Positions 33,745 through 41,694 of a stretch of 64,000 nucleotides of DNA are shown one piece after another. The stretch is from an uncultured Roseicyclus sp. (GTDB lineage: Bacteria; Pseudomonadota; Alphaproteobacteria; Rhodobacterales; Rhodobacteraceae). The stretch is from positions 19,637 to 83,636 of the forward strand of contig CAZOBK010000005.1 in assembly GCA_964578115.1 (NCBI GenBank), given 5' to 3'. Position numbers and translations under genes: made by a program. How positions within the stretch are numbered: position 1 is the first letter of the stretch; each line of letters begins with the position of its first letter. The notes under the pieces were generated by a model. It did not search any database, had not been told where the DNA came from, and saw only the letters and a list, made by a program, of their open reading frames with translations.

Positions 33745-35780
33745 GGCATCTCTCCAAGTCTGATCAGGGCATCGACCGCAACGGCGCGGTCGGGCGTCAC
33801 GATGAGCGGGTTGACCTCCAGCTCGGTAAGCGTGTCGGCATGGGCCGTGGCACAATCCTGCACCGCAAGGATGGCCGCGACCAGCGCCGCGCGATCCGCG
33901 GCTGGCCGCCCGCGATAGCCGCCCAGAAGCGGCGCGATACGCAGCAGGTCGAGCGCGGCGTCGATCTCGGCCCCCGTCGCGGGCAAAAGCAGGGACACGG
34001 TGTCGTCCAGCATTTCGGCCAGCACACCGCCCGCGCCCAGCGTCAGGACGAAACCATGCGCCGGGTCGCGCAGAATGCCGACGATGATCTCGGCCACGCC
34101 GTCCGTGATCATCTCCTCGACAAGGTATCGCGTGCCGCCCATCCGCTCCGCCGCCGCCCCGACCGTCTCGGCATCGGCGAGGTTCAGCGCCACCGCGCCC
34201 GCCTCGGTCTTGTGCGCGAGGCCCAGCGCCTTGACCACGACGGGAAAGCCGATCTCGGCGGCGCGGGCCGCCGCCTCGGCGGGGCTCGCCGCCTCCGCCC
34301 CTTGCGGCACGGGCACGCCATGTCCGGCGAGCAGCGCCTTGCCCTCGGCCTCGCTCAGAAGACGCGCCGCCACCGGTTCGGGGCCGGGGACCAGTGGGGC
34401 GGCCGCCGCGTCCACCCGCCCAAGCCGCACAGCGGCCTCCAGCGCGGCCAGCCCCTCGGCGAACCCCGAGAGGGGCACGACGCCGCGCGCCAGCATCGCC
34501 TGCGCGATCGCCTCCGGCATGGTCTCGGTCAGGCTCGACAGGATCGCCATGGGAATGCCCGTCTCGGCGGTCGCATCCGCGCAGGCATCGATCACGATCT
34601 CCCATGCGCTCGGGTCGCAGCGGTCGGGCCGCGGAAAGTCGATGACCGCGACACCGATGGCGATATGCGGCGCCAGCATCGCGGTAAAGACCCGCGCCAG
34701 CGCCGCCCGGTCGCCCCAGATGTAGGTGTGGTAATCCAGCGGGTTGGCCAGGGCCACCTTGGGTCCCAGCGCCACGCGCAGGCCCGTGCGCTGTTCCTCG
34801 GTCAGCGGCGGGCATTCCAGCGCGCAACCCGCCACCATGTCCGAGATGATCCCCGCCTCGCCGCCCGAGCTCGACAGGACGCCGATGCGGCCCGAGGGCA
34901 ACGGGCCCATGCCGTGCAGAAGCTTCAGCGCCTCCAGCATCTCGGCGGGGCTTTTCACCCGCGCCATGCCCAGCCGGTCGAACAGCGCACGTGCGCCCGC
35001 ATCGCTGCCGGCAAGCGAGCCGGTATGCGACAGCGCCGCCGCGCGCGCGCCCTCCGACACGCCGGATTTCAGCACCACTATGGGCTTGCCCAACGCGCGG
35101 GCCCGCTCGGCCATGGCGATGAAGGCGGCAAGGTCGCCCACGCCCTCGACATGCAGGCCGAGTGCCGTGACGCGCGTGTCCTCAAGAAGTCCCTCGGCGA
35201 TCTCGGGCAGGCCGGTCTGCGCCTGGTTGCCGACCGTCACGACATAGGCCAGCGGCAGGCCGCGCGCCTGCATCGTCAGGTTCAGCGCGAGGTTCGAGGA
35301 TTGCGTGACGATGGCGACACCCCGCTCGACACGCTCGCCGCCGTGCTGGTCCGGCCAGAGCGCCGCCCCGTCAAGCAGGTTCAGGAATCCGTAGCAGTTC
35401 GGCCCGAGGATGCGCATGTCGCCCGCCGCCGCGACCAGTGCCGCCTCGAGCGCGGGTCCGTCCCCGGTCTCCGAAACCGACTCGCGGAATCCAGACGCGA
35501 AGCAGACGGCACCCCCCGCGCCCATGGCCGAAAGCCCGTGCATGACCTCGATGCTTGTCTCCCGGTTCACGCCAATGAAGGCCGCGTCCGGCGCCTCGGG
35601 CAGCGCGTCGACCGATGGAAACGCCGCAACGCCAGCCAGTTCGCCCTTCGTCGGGTGCACCGGCCAGACCGGCCCGGCATAGCCTACCCGCCGGCAGCCC
35701 TCGACAACTGCGGCGCACCACGTTCCGCCGCCGACCACGGCGATGGAACGCGGACGCAGAAGGCGCGACAGCGGCTGCAT
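33741..35780 (-). CDS. ADP-forming acyl-CoA synthetase (CoA-binding, succinyl-CoA-ligase-like and ATP-grasp domains); candidate gamma-butyrobetaine/crotonobetaine-CoA ligase
   Basis: 679 aa. CoA-binding N-terminus PRSIAVVGGG...VWPVHP. C-terminal ATP-grasp segment (EAEGKALLAGHGVPVP...GFPVVVKALGLAHKTEAG). Start ATG 35780 lies 1 nt after the upstream stop. Confidence 0.8.
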   Translation of the reverse strand: MQPLSRLLRPRSIAVVGGGTWCAAVVEGCRRVGYAGPVWPVHPTKGELAGVAAFPSVDALPEAPDAAFIGVNRETSIEVMHGLSAMGAGGAVCFASGFRESVSETGDGPALEAALVAAAGDMRILGPNCYGFLNLLDGAALWPDQHGGERVERGVAIVTQSSNLALNLTMQARGLPLAYVVTVGNQAQTGLPEIAEGLLEDTRVTALGLHVEGVGDLAAFIAMAERARALGKPIVVLKSGVSEGARAAALSHTGSLAGSDAGARALFDRLGMARVKSPAEMLEALKLLHGMGPLPSGRIGVLSSSGGEAGIISDMVAGCALECPPLTEEQRTGLRVALGPKVALANPLDYHTYIWGDRAALARVFTAMLAPHIAIGVAVIDFPRPDRCDPSAWEIVIDACADATAETGIPMAILSSLTETMPEAIAQAMLARGVVPLSGFAEGLAALEAAVRLGRVDAAAAPLVPGPEPVAARLLSEAEGKALLAGHGVPVPQGAEAASPAEAAARAAEIGFPVVVKALGLAHKTEAGAVALNLADAETVGAAAERMGGTRYLVEEMITDGVAEIIVGILRDPAHGFVLTLGAGGVLAEMLDDTVSLLLPATGAEIDAALDLLRIAPLLGGYRGRPAADRAALVAAILAVQDCATAHADTLTELEVNPLIVTPDRAVAVDALIRLGEMP

Positions 35781-35781
35781 C

Positions 35782-36942
35782 TCAGGCGCCGAGCGGCCGG
35801 AAGAGCTCGCGGCCGATGATATGGCGCTGAATCTCGGACGTGCCGTCCCAGATCCGCTCGACCCGCGCATCCCGCCAGAACCGTTCGATCGGAAAGTCCG
35901 ACATGAGCCCCATGCCACCGAAAATCTGCAGCGTGGTGTCGGTGACCCGCGCCAGCATCTCGCTGGCGTAAAGCTTGGCACTCGCGATCTCCCGGTTCGC
36001 GGGCAGGGCCTGATCCAGCCGCCACGCGGCGGACAGCGTGAGCCAGTCGGCGGCGTCGATCTCGGTGATCATGTCGGCGACCTGGAAGCTCACGCCCTGG
36101 AACTTCGCGATGGGCTGGCCGAACTGCTTGCGCTCGGCGGCATGGGCGACGGCGTGATCGAAGCAGCGCCGCGCCCGGCCCACGGAATTGGCCGCGACGG
36201 TCAGGCGCGTCGCGTAAAGCCAGGTGTTCATCACATCGAACCCGCCATCGACCTCGCCCAGCACCTGGGCGTCGGGCAAACGACAATCATCGAATTCGAG
36301 GATGCAGTTCTTGTATCCCCGGTGGCTGACCGAGGCATAGCCGTCGCGGATGGTGAACCCGGGATGCCCGCGATCCACGAGGAAACAGGTGATGCGCTTC
36401 TTCGGGCCCTTGGGAGTGTCGTCCACGCCGGTGGCCACGAAGACGATGACGAAATCGGCATGGTTCGCGCCCGAGATGAAGTGCTTCGTGCCGTTGACGA
36501 CCCAGTCGCCGCCATCGCGCACGGCCGTGCAGGCCATGCCGCGCACGTCCGATCCCGCCTGCGGCTCGGTCATGGCGAGCGCGTCCATCCGCTCCCCGCG
36601 CACGGCGGGGAAAAGGTAACGCTCCTTCTGGTCGCCCTCGCAGGCCATGAGGATGTTCTGCGGCCGCCCGAAGAAATGCGTGAGCGCCATCGACCCTCGC
36701 CCAAGCTCCCGTTCGACCAGCGTGAAGTCGAGTTGGCCCAATCCCCCGCCGCCGACCTCCTCGGGAAAGTTGCAGGCGTAGAAGCCCATCTCGATGACCT
36801 TGCGCTTGATCTCCTGCGCGAGCTCTTCGGGCACCTCGCCGGTGCGCTCGACCATGTCCTCATGGGGGTAGATCTCCGTCTCGACGAAGTCGCGGACCGT
36901 CGTGACGATCATCTCCTGTTCCGGGCTCAGCGCGAAATCCAT
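35782..36942 (-). CDS. Acyl-CoA dehydrogenase (candidate gamma-butyrobetainyl-CoA dehydrogenase)
   Basis: 386 aa with ACAD N-terminal, middle and C-terminal domain order (AMTEPQAGSD, ...IWDGTSEIQR). Start at ATG 36942 behind a GGGAGGA RBS, not at the TTG at 36963. Confidence 0.85.
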   Translation of the reverse strand: MDFALSPEQEMIVTTVRDFVETEIYPHEDMVERTGEVPEELAQEIKRKVIEMGFYACNFPEEVGGGGLGQLDFTLVERELGRGSMALTHFFGRPQNILMACEGDQKERYLFPAVRGERMDALAMTEPQAGSDVRGMACTAVRDGGDWVVNGTKHFISGANHADFVIVFVATGVDDTPKGPKKRITCFLVDRGHPGFTIRDGYASVSHRGYKNCILEFDDCRLPDAQVLGEVDGGFDVMNTWLYATRLTVAANSVGRARRCFDHAVAHAAERKQFGQPIAKFQGVSFQVADMITEIDAADWLTLSAAWRLDQALPANREIASAKLYASEMLARVTDTTLQIFGGMGLMSDFPIERFWRDARVERIWDGTSEIQRHIIGRELFRPLGA

Positions 36943-37152
36943 GGCATCCTCCCTGTTGGTCAAAGTGCTATGCCCGACCCGTTGCCCTTATCATGCAGCA
37001 ATGCACGCTGATCATGCAGAAATCGCAGATTTTGATCGCGGCGCAAGCCCGTGGTGATCACGTCGCGCAAAGAACCGGCAAAGATCGTTTTCCGGTTCCA
37101 TCCCGTGCTCCTGCGGATTTCGCAATCGCGTGTTTGCAGCTATGTCGAAGGG

Positions 37153-39687
37153 ATGGATATCGTCCTCATCACCACGATCATCGCCTCACTCTTCGTCGTC
37201 ATCGGCATCGCCGAGCCGTTGGCGGCGCGCATGCGGCTGCCGCTGAGCGTGATCCTCGCCGTGCTGGGCGTGATGATCGGCACCGGCGCGCTGTTCTTCC
37301 TGCGCACGGAGTTGACGGATGCGCTGAACCCCGTTGCCGAGGCGATCCTCGGGCTGCCGATCCGGTCCAACGTCTTTCTCTACGTCTTCCTGCCGACGCT
37401 GCTCTTTCAGGCGACGCTGGGGATGAACCTGCGGCGGATGCTGGACGACTGGGTGCCGATCCTGATGCTGGCCATCGTCGCGGTGGTCGTGGCGACGCTT
37501 GGCGTGGGATACGCGCTGTCCTGGGCCTCCGCGCTGCCGCTGGCGGCCTGTCTGCTCATCGGCGCCATCGTGTCCACGACGGACCCCTCGGCGGTGGTCT
37601 CGATCTTCCGCTCGATCTCGGCGCCGCGCAGGCTCGCGCGGATTATCGAGGGAGAGAGCCTTCTGAACGACGCCGCGGCCATCGCGCTCTTCGGCCTGTT
37701 CATGGGATTCGTCATGCTGGGCGTGCCGGACCCGAGCCTCGGCGACGCGCTGGCGCGATTCCCGCTCCTGCTGGCGGGCGGGGCGTTCACGGGATGGCTG
37801 GCGGCGCGCATCGCCGTGTGGATGATGGCGCTCTTCCGACGGCACGAATTGGCGCAGATCTCGATCTCGGTGGCGCTGCCTTACCTCGCCTTCATCGTGG
37901 CCGAACAGACCGTCGGCGCCTCGGGGGTGATCGCCGTCGTCGTCTCGGGCCTGACGCTGAACCTGACGGCACCGGGCCGCCTGCCGCCGCAGGCCTGGGC
38001 CAACCTCCGCGAGGTCTGGGACGTGCTGGCCCATTGGGCGGGCGCCCTGATCTTCATCCTCGCCGCCCTCCTGATCCCGCGCCTTCTGGAAGAAGTCCGC
38101 GTCGGCGATTTCCTTCTGGTCGGCGTCGTGATCCTCGCCGCCATCGCCGCGCGCGCGGTGATCCTCTTCGGTCTCCTGCCGCTCCTGACGATGATCAAGC
38201 TGTCGCCACCGGTGGAGCGGCCCTACCGGGTCGCGATCCTCTGGGGTGGCCTGCGGGGCGCGGTGACGCTGGCGCTGGCGCTTGCCGTGACCGAAAGCTT
38301 CCGGGTGCCGGACGGCATCCAGCGGGTGGTTGGCATCCTCGCCACGGGCTTCACGCTGTTCACGCTGATCGTGCAGGGCACGACGCTCAGATGGATGATC
38401 GCGCGGCTGGGGCTCGACCGGCTGTCGCCCATCGACGAGGCGCTCTCGCGGCAGGTCGTGGCGGTGTCGCTGCAGACCGTGCGCGAGGACGTGGCGCGCA
38501 CGACCGAGAATTACGAGCTGAGCCACGACACCGTCCGCTCCGAGGCCAAGCAGTTCGGCGAGCGGCTGGACGAGGCGGTCAGGACGGCCGAGGCAAGCGC
38601 CGACATCCTCGACCGGGACCGCGTCACGCTGGGCCTGATCGCGCTGGCGGGGCACGAACGCGACACGATCCTTGCCCGCGTTCGGGAACGCACGATCTCG
38701 GCCCGGATGGCCGAACAGGTGCTGTCGGACGCAGATCGGCTGATCGAGGGCGCGCGCAGCGGCGGCCGCAGCGGCTATCAGCGCGCGGCCCGCAAAAGCG
38801 TCGCCTATGGCCTGTCCTTTCGCGCCGCCGTCCGGCTGAACGGGCGCCTTGGCGTGTCCTGGCCTTTGGCGCGCCTGACGGCGGACCGGTTCGAACTGCT
38901 GCTGTCGCAACGGCTGATCCTGCGCGATCTGGGCAGATTCATCGACGGGCGCATCCGGCGCATTCACGGGCGCCGCGTGGCGGAACTGCTGCACGAACTT
39001 CTGTCGCGGCGGATCGAGACCGTGGAGACCGCCCTCGAGGGGATGCGCCTGCAATACCCCGGCTACGCGGAAGAACTTCAGCGCCGTTTCATCCGACGCA
39101 CCGCGCTGAGGCTGGAGGAACGCGAATACACCGCGATGCGCGAAGACGGACTGATCGGAGCGGAGGTCTACACCACCCTGATGCAGGATCTCGACGCCCG
39201 CCGCGCCGCCGCCGAGGAGCGTCCCCGCCTCGACATCGTACTCAGGCGTACCGAGATCGTGCGGCAGTTCCCGCTCTTCGCCGGTCTCGACGACACCGCG
39301 CTCAACCGTCTCGGCCGGGCGCTCAAGACACGCTACGTCAATGCCGGCGACCTGATCCTGCGCAAGGACATTGCCGTGCGGAACGTGTTCTTCATCGCCT
39401 CGGGCGCGGTGGAGTTGGAAGTCGCAGGCCAGACCTGGCGGCTTGGCCGGGGCGAGATGTTCGGCCAGATGGCGATCCTGATGAACAAGGCCCGCCGCGC
39501 CGAGGTGCGCGCCATCGCGCCCTCGACGCTCCTGGTGCTGGACGAGGCACGCTTCCGACGCCTGCTGACCCGCAGCACCGCGCTTCAGGAGGCAGTGCGC
39601 GCCGGCGCGGAAAAGCGCGGGGTCGACCCCGACGACCTGTTCCCGGAACCGCCCGCCAAACCAGAGGCGGCAGCAGCGCAGGCCTAG
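37153..39687 (+). CDS. CPA1-family Na+/H+ (cation/proton) antiporter with a C-terminal cyclic-nucleotide-binding domain
   Basis: 844 aa. ~400-aa polytopic exchanger domain (AIVSTTDPSAVVSIF, ESLLNDAAAIALF), a long helical linker, and a cNMP-binding beta-barrel (FPLFAGLDD...GEMFGQMAIL...RRAEVRA) at about nt 39267-39570. Confidence 0.85.
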   Translation: MDIVLITTIIASLFVVIGIAEPLAARMRLPLSVILAVLGVMIGTGALFFLRTELTDALNPVAEAILGLPIRSNVFLYVFLPTLLFQATLGMNLRRMLDDWVPILMLAIVAVVVATLGVGYALSWASALPLAACLLIGAIVSTTDPSAVVSIFRSISAPRRLARIIEGESLLNDAAAIALFGLFMGFVMLGVPDPSLGDALARFPLLLAGGAFTGWLAARIAVWMMALFRRHELAQISISVALPYLAFIVAEQTVGASGVIAVVVSGLTLNLTAPGRLPPQAWANLREVWDVLAHWAGALIFILAALLIPRLLEEVRVGDFLLVGVVILAAIAARAVILFGLLPLLTMIKLSPPVERPYRVAILWGGLRGAVTLALALAVTESFRVPDGIQRVVGILATGFTLFTLIVQGTTLRWMIARLGLDRLSPIDEALSRQVVAVSLQTVREDVARTTENYELSHDTVRSEAKQFGERLDEAVRTAEASADILDRDRVTLGLIALAGHERDTILARVRERTISARMAEQVLSDADRLIEGARSGGRSGYQRAARKSVAYGLSFRAAVRLNGRLGVSWPLARLTADRFELLLSQRLILRDLGRFIDGRIRRIHGRRVAELLHELLSRRIETVETALEGMRLQYPGYAEELQRRFIRRTALRLEEREYTAMREDGLIGAEVYTTLMQDLDARRAAAEERPRLDIVLRRTEIVRQFPLFAGLDDTALNRLGRALKTRYVNAGDLILRKDIAVRNVFFIASGAVELEVAGQTWRLGRGEMFGQMAILMNKARRAEVRAIAPSTLLVLDEARFRRLLTRSTALQEAVRAGAEKRGVDPDDLFPEPPAKPEAAAAQA

Positions 39688-39798
39688 CCGCGCACGACGG
39701 CAACGCGACAGCCAGCCGGCTATTTGGAGGTTTGAGAGCGAACCGGAGGCCGAGCTTCGATCTTGACGTCCGGTTCAGCGACTCAGTTCGGGATAAAA

Positions 39799-39875
39799 TG
39801 GTAGCGGAGGAGGGACTTGAACCCCCGACACGCGGATTATGATTCCGCTGCTCTAACCAACTGAGCTACTCCGCC
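39799..39875 (-). tRNA. tRNA-Met (anticodon CAU), elongator type, with encoded CCA
   Basis: The reverse complement reads GGCGGAGTAGCTCAGTTGGTTAGAGCAGCGGAATCATAATCCGCGTGTCGGGGGTTCAAGTCCCTCCTCCGCTACCA. It folds as a cloverleaf with the anticodon loop AATCATAAT. It lacks the three consecutive G-C pairs in the anticodon stem expected of an initiator. A lysidine-modified tRNA-Ile2 cannot be formally excluded. Confidence 0.9.
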
Positions 39876-39934
39876 ACGAGCGCCGTGGGACGTATGCCAA
39901 GCGCCCCCGCGCGTCAACCTCAAATCACGTGGGC

Positions 39935-40351
39935 CTATGGCGAAGGCAGACGTGCGGCGGCGACCTCGACCTCGACCTTGAACTCCGGACGCGTGAAGCC
40001 CGAGACGATCACCAGCGTGGAGGCCGGCAGACGGGCCATTCCGGCGCACCAGCGGTCGCGCGCGGCCATGTAGCCGGCCATATGCGCCCGGTCGGTGACG
40101 AAGGCGTTGAGGCGTACCGCATCGCCGCGACCGAAGCCCGCCTCAGCGAGGATGGCGTCGATGGACGCGAAACAGATATCCGCCTGCGCCTCGGCCTCGG
40201 GCGGGATCACGTCATCGGGATCGATGCCCAGCTGCCCGGAGGTAAAGACCCACTCGGCCCCTGCGGGAACGTGGGTTCCGTGGGAGTAACCGGCGAAAGG
40301 CTTCCGCACGGATACGGGGGTCAGCGCACTCAGGCGGGGGCGATGATCCAT
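39935..40351 (-). CDS. RidA/YjgF-family reactive-intermediate (enamine/imine) deaminase-like protein
   Basis: 138 aa from ATG 40351. GYSHGTHVPAGAEWVFTSGQLGI and the C-terminal beta-strand pattern are typical of the family. The upstream part of the 195-aa ORF is low-quality sequence. Confidence 0.75.
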   Translation of the reverse strand: MDHRPRLSALTPVSVRKPFAGYSHGTHVPAGAEWVFTSGQLGIDPDDVIPPEAEAQADICFASIDAILAEAGFGRGDAVRLNAFVTDRAHMAGYMAARDRWCAGMARLPASTLVIVSGFTRPEFKVEVEVAAARLPSP

Positions 40352-40591
40352 GGTCTGGCTCCGGGTTTGATCGATCCAATTGGGACGATGCGGCCGGGCC
40401 CATCGCCTGTCCAGAGGGCAACCAGCGCGCTTGGCGGGCCGCTCAATTATCAGGCAGTCCGCCCGCTGAAGTGGCGAAATCAGCGGACATCTTGCAAAGC
40501 GCCACCGCCGTGAGACGCGCACGCCTTACATGCCCTGCCGTCCGATCTAGGGTCGCGCCATGACCAATTACCTTCGGGGAGACCTAAAATA

Positions 40592-41593
40592 ATGCTTCGC
40601 ACGTCCCTTGTCGCACTGGCCGCCGCTCTTTCGGCCGGCAGTGCCGGCGCCGATGCCCACCTGACCTCTGTCACCTTCGGCACCAACTGGCTGGCCCAGG
40701 CCGAGCATGGCGGCTTCTACCAGTCCGTCGCGGACGGCACCTACGAGGCGTGCGGCCTCGATGTCGAGATCATCTCGGGCGGACCGCAGGTGAACAACCG
40801 CGCGCTGCTTTTGGCCGACCGCATCCAGTTCCACATGGGCGGCGACCTGCTGCAGGCCTTCAACGCGGCGGCCGAGGAAATCCCCGTCGTGAACGTTGCG
40901 GCGATCTTTCAGAAGCATCCGCAGGTGATCCTCGCCCATCCGGGCGTCGCGGACAGCTGGGAAGAGCTCAAGGATCTTACGCTTCTGATCGGCGACAACG
41001 GCTTCACCTCCTATTACCAGTGGATGATCACGGCGCACGGCTTTACCGTGGACCAACGCCAGCCCTACACGTTCAACCCGGCGCCGTTCCTTGCCGATGA
41101 CCAGCTCGGCATGCAGGGCTACCTGTCCTCGGAGCCCTACGTGGTCGAGACAACGGGCGGTTTCGTGCCGAATGTCTTCCTGATCGCCGATGCCGGTTTT
41201 TCATCCTACGCCACCACGATCGAGACGATGCAGGCCACCATCGACGAAAGCCCCGAGGTCGTGGAGTGCTTTGTCAGCGGCTCGATCCTGGGCTGGTACA
41301 ACTACCTCTATGGCGACAATGCCGCCGCCAACGCCATGATCCTTGAAGCCAACGCCGACATGACCCAGGACAAGATCGACTTCGCCATCGGCAAGATGAT
41401 CGAATGGGGCATCGTCGATTCCGGTGACGCTCTCGAGATGGGCATCGGTGCGTTGACCGAAGAGGTCGTGGCAGGGTTCTACGAGGACATGGTCGCCGCC
41501 GGCGTGGTCGAGGCCGGGCTGGACTGGTCGACCACGATCGACACGTCCTTCGTCAACCAGGGTCTCGGGATGGAGCTTCGCCCAGCCGATTGA
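40592..41593 (+). CDS. ABC transporter periplasmic substrate-binding protein, NMT1/THI5-like (NitT/TauT family)
   Basis: Signal peptide MLRTSLVALAAALSAGSAGADA. TFGTNWLAQAEHGGFYQ motif typical of NMT1/ThiY-like binding proteins. Confidence 0.85.
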   Translation: MLRTSLVALAAALSAGSAGADAHLTSVTFGTNWLAQAEHGGFYQSVADGTYEACGLDVEIISGGPQVNNRALLLADRIQFHMGGDLLQAFNAAAEEIPVVNVAAIFQKHPQVILAHPGVADSWEELKDLTLLIGDNGFTSYYQWMITAHGFTVDQRQPYTFNPAPFLADDQLGMQGYLSSEPYVVETTGGFVPNVFLIADAGFSSYATTIETMQATIDESPEVVECFVSGSILGWYNYLYGDNAAANAMILEANADMTQDKIDFAIGKMIEWGIVDSGDALEMGIGALTEEVVAGFYEDMVAAGVVEAGLDWSTTIDTSFVNQGLGMELRPAD

Positions 41594-41600
41594 TCCGTGT

Positions 41601-41632
41601 CGGCGCGGGTGGGGGTTGCCCCGTCCGCGCCG
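41601..41632 (+). other. Stem-loop CGGCGCGG...CCGCGCCG after the NMT1-like SBP gene
   Basis: 8-bp outer stem with an inner GGGG/CCCC extension, in the 101-nt gap between the SBP and ATPase genes. Confidence 0.45.
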
Positions 41633-41694
41633 GACCCAACAAGGTGGCGGCGGGGCATGTCCCGCCCTGCGCGTCCTTTCAGCGTCCGTGAGCC

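Noticed and set aside
39721-39738. Possible third, degenerate copy of the TATTTC-GGAAAGATGAAGG repeat (TATTTGGAGGTTTGAGAG) downstream of the antiporter gene
   Set aside because: Only a loose resemblance that needs gaps, and there is no preceding perfect GC hairpin. Too weak to call without a genome-wide profile.
36993-39842. 949-aa plus-strand ORF overlapping the antiporter gene in another frame and running into the tRNA
   Set aside because: The translation is Arg/Pro/Gly-rich junk. The alternative frame (37153-39687) gives a clean CPA1 plus cNMP-binding protein. The ORF also crosses the tRNA-Met gene.
39688-39934. tRNA-Met as a possible integration site of a genomic island
   Set aside because: No integrase, excisionase or phage gene lies on either side. 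I found no direct repeat of the tRNA 3' end nearby. Flanking genes have the same composition as the rest of the window.
40352-40591. TPP (THI-box) riboswitch upstream of the NMT1/ThiY-like binding-protein gene
   Set aside because: I looked for the conserved CTGAGA and ACCTGATCTGGATAATGCCAGCG-type cores. Only a weak GTGAGA and no pyrimidine-sensor helix consensus are present. Kept only as an unclassified structured leader.
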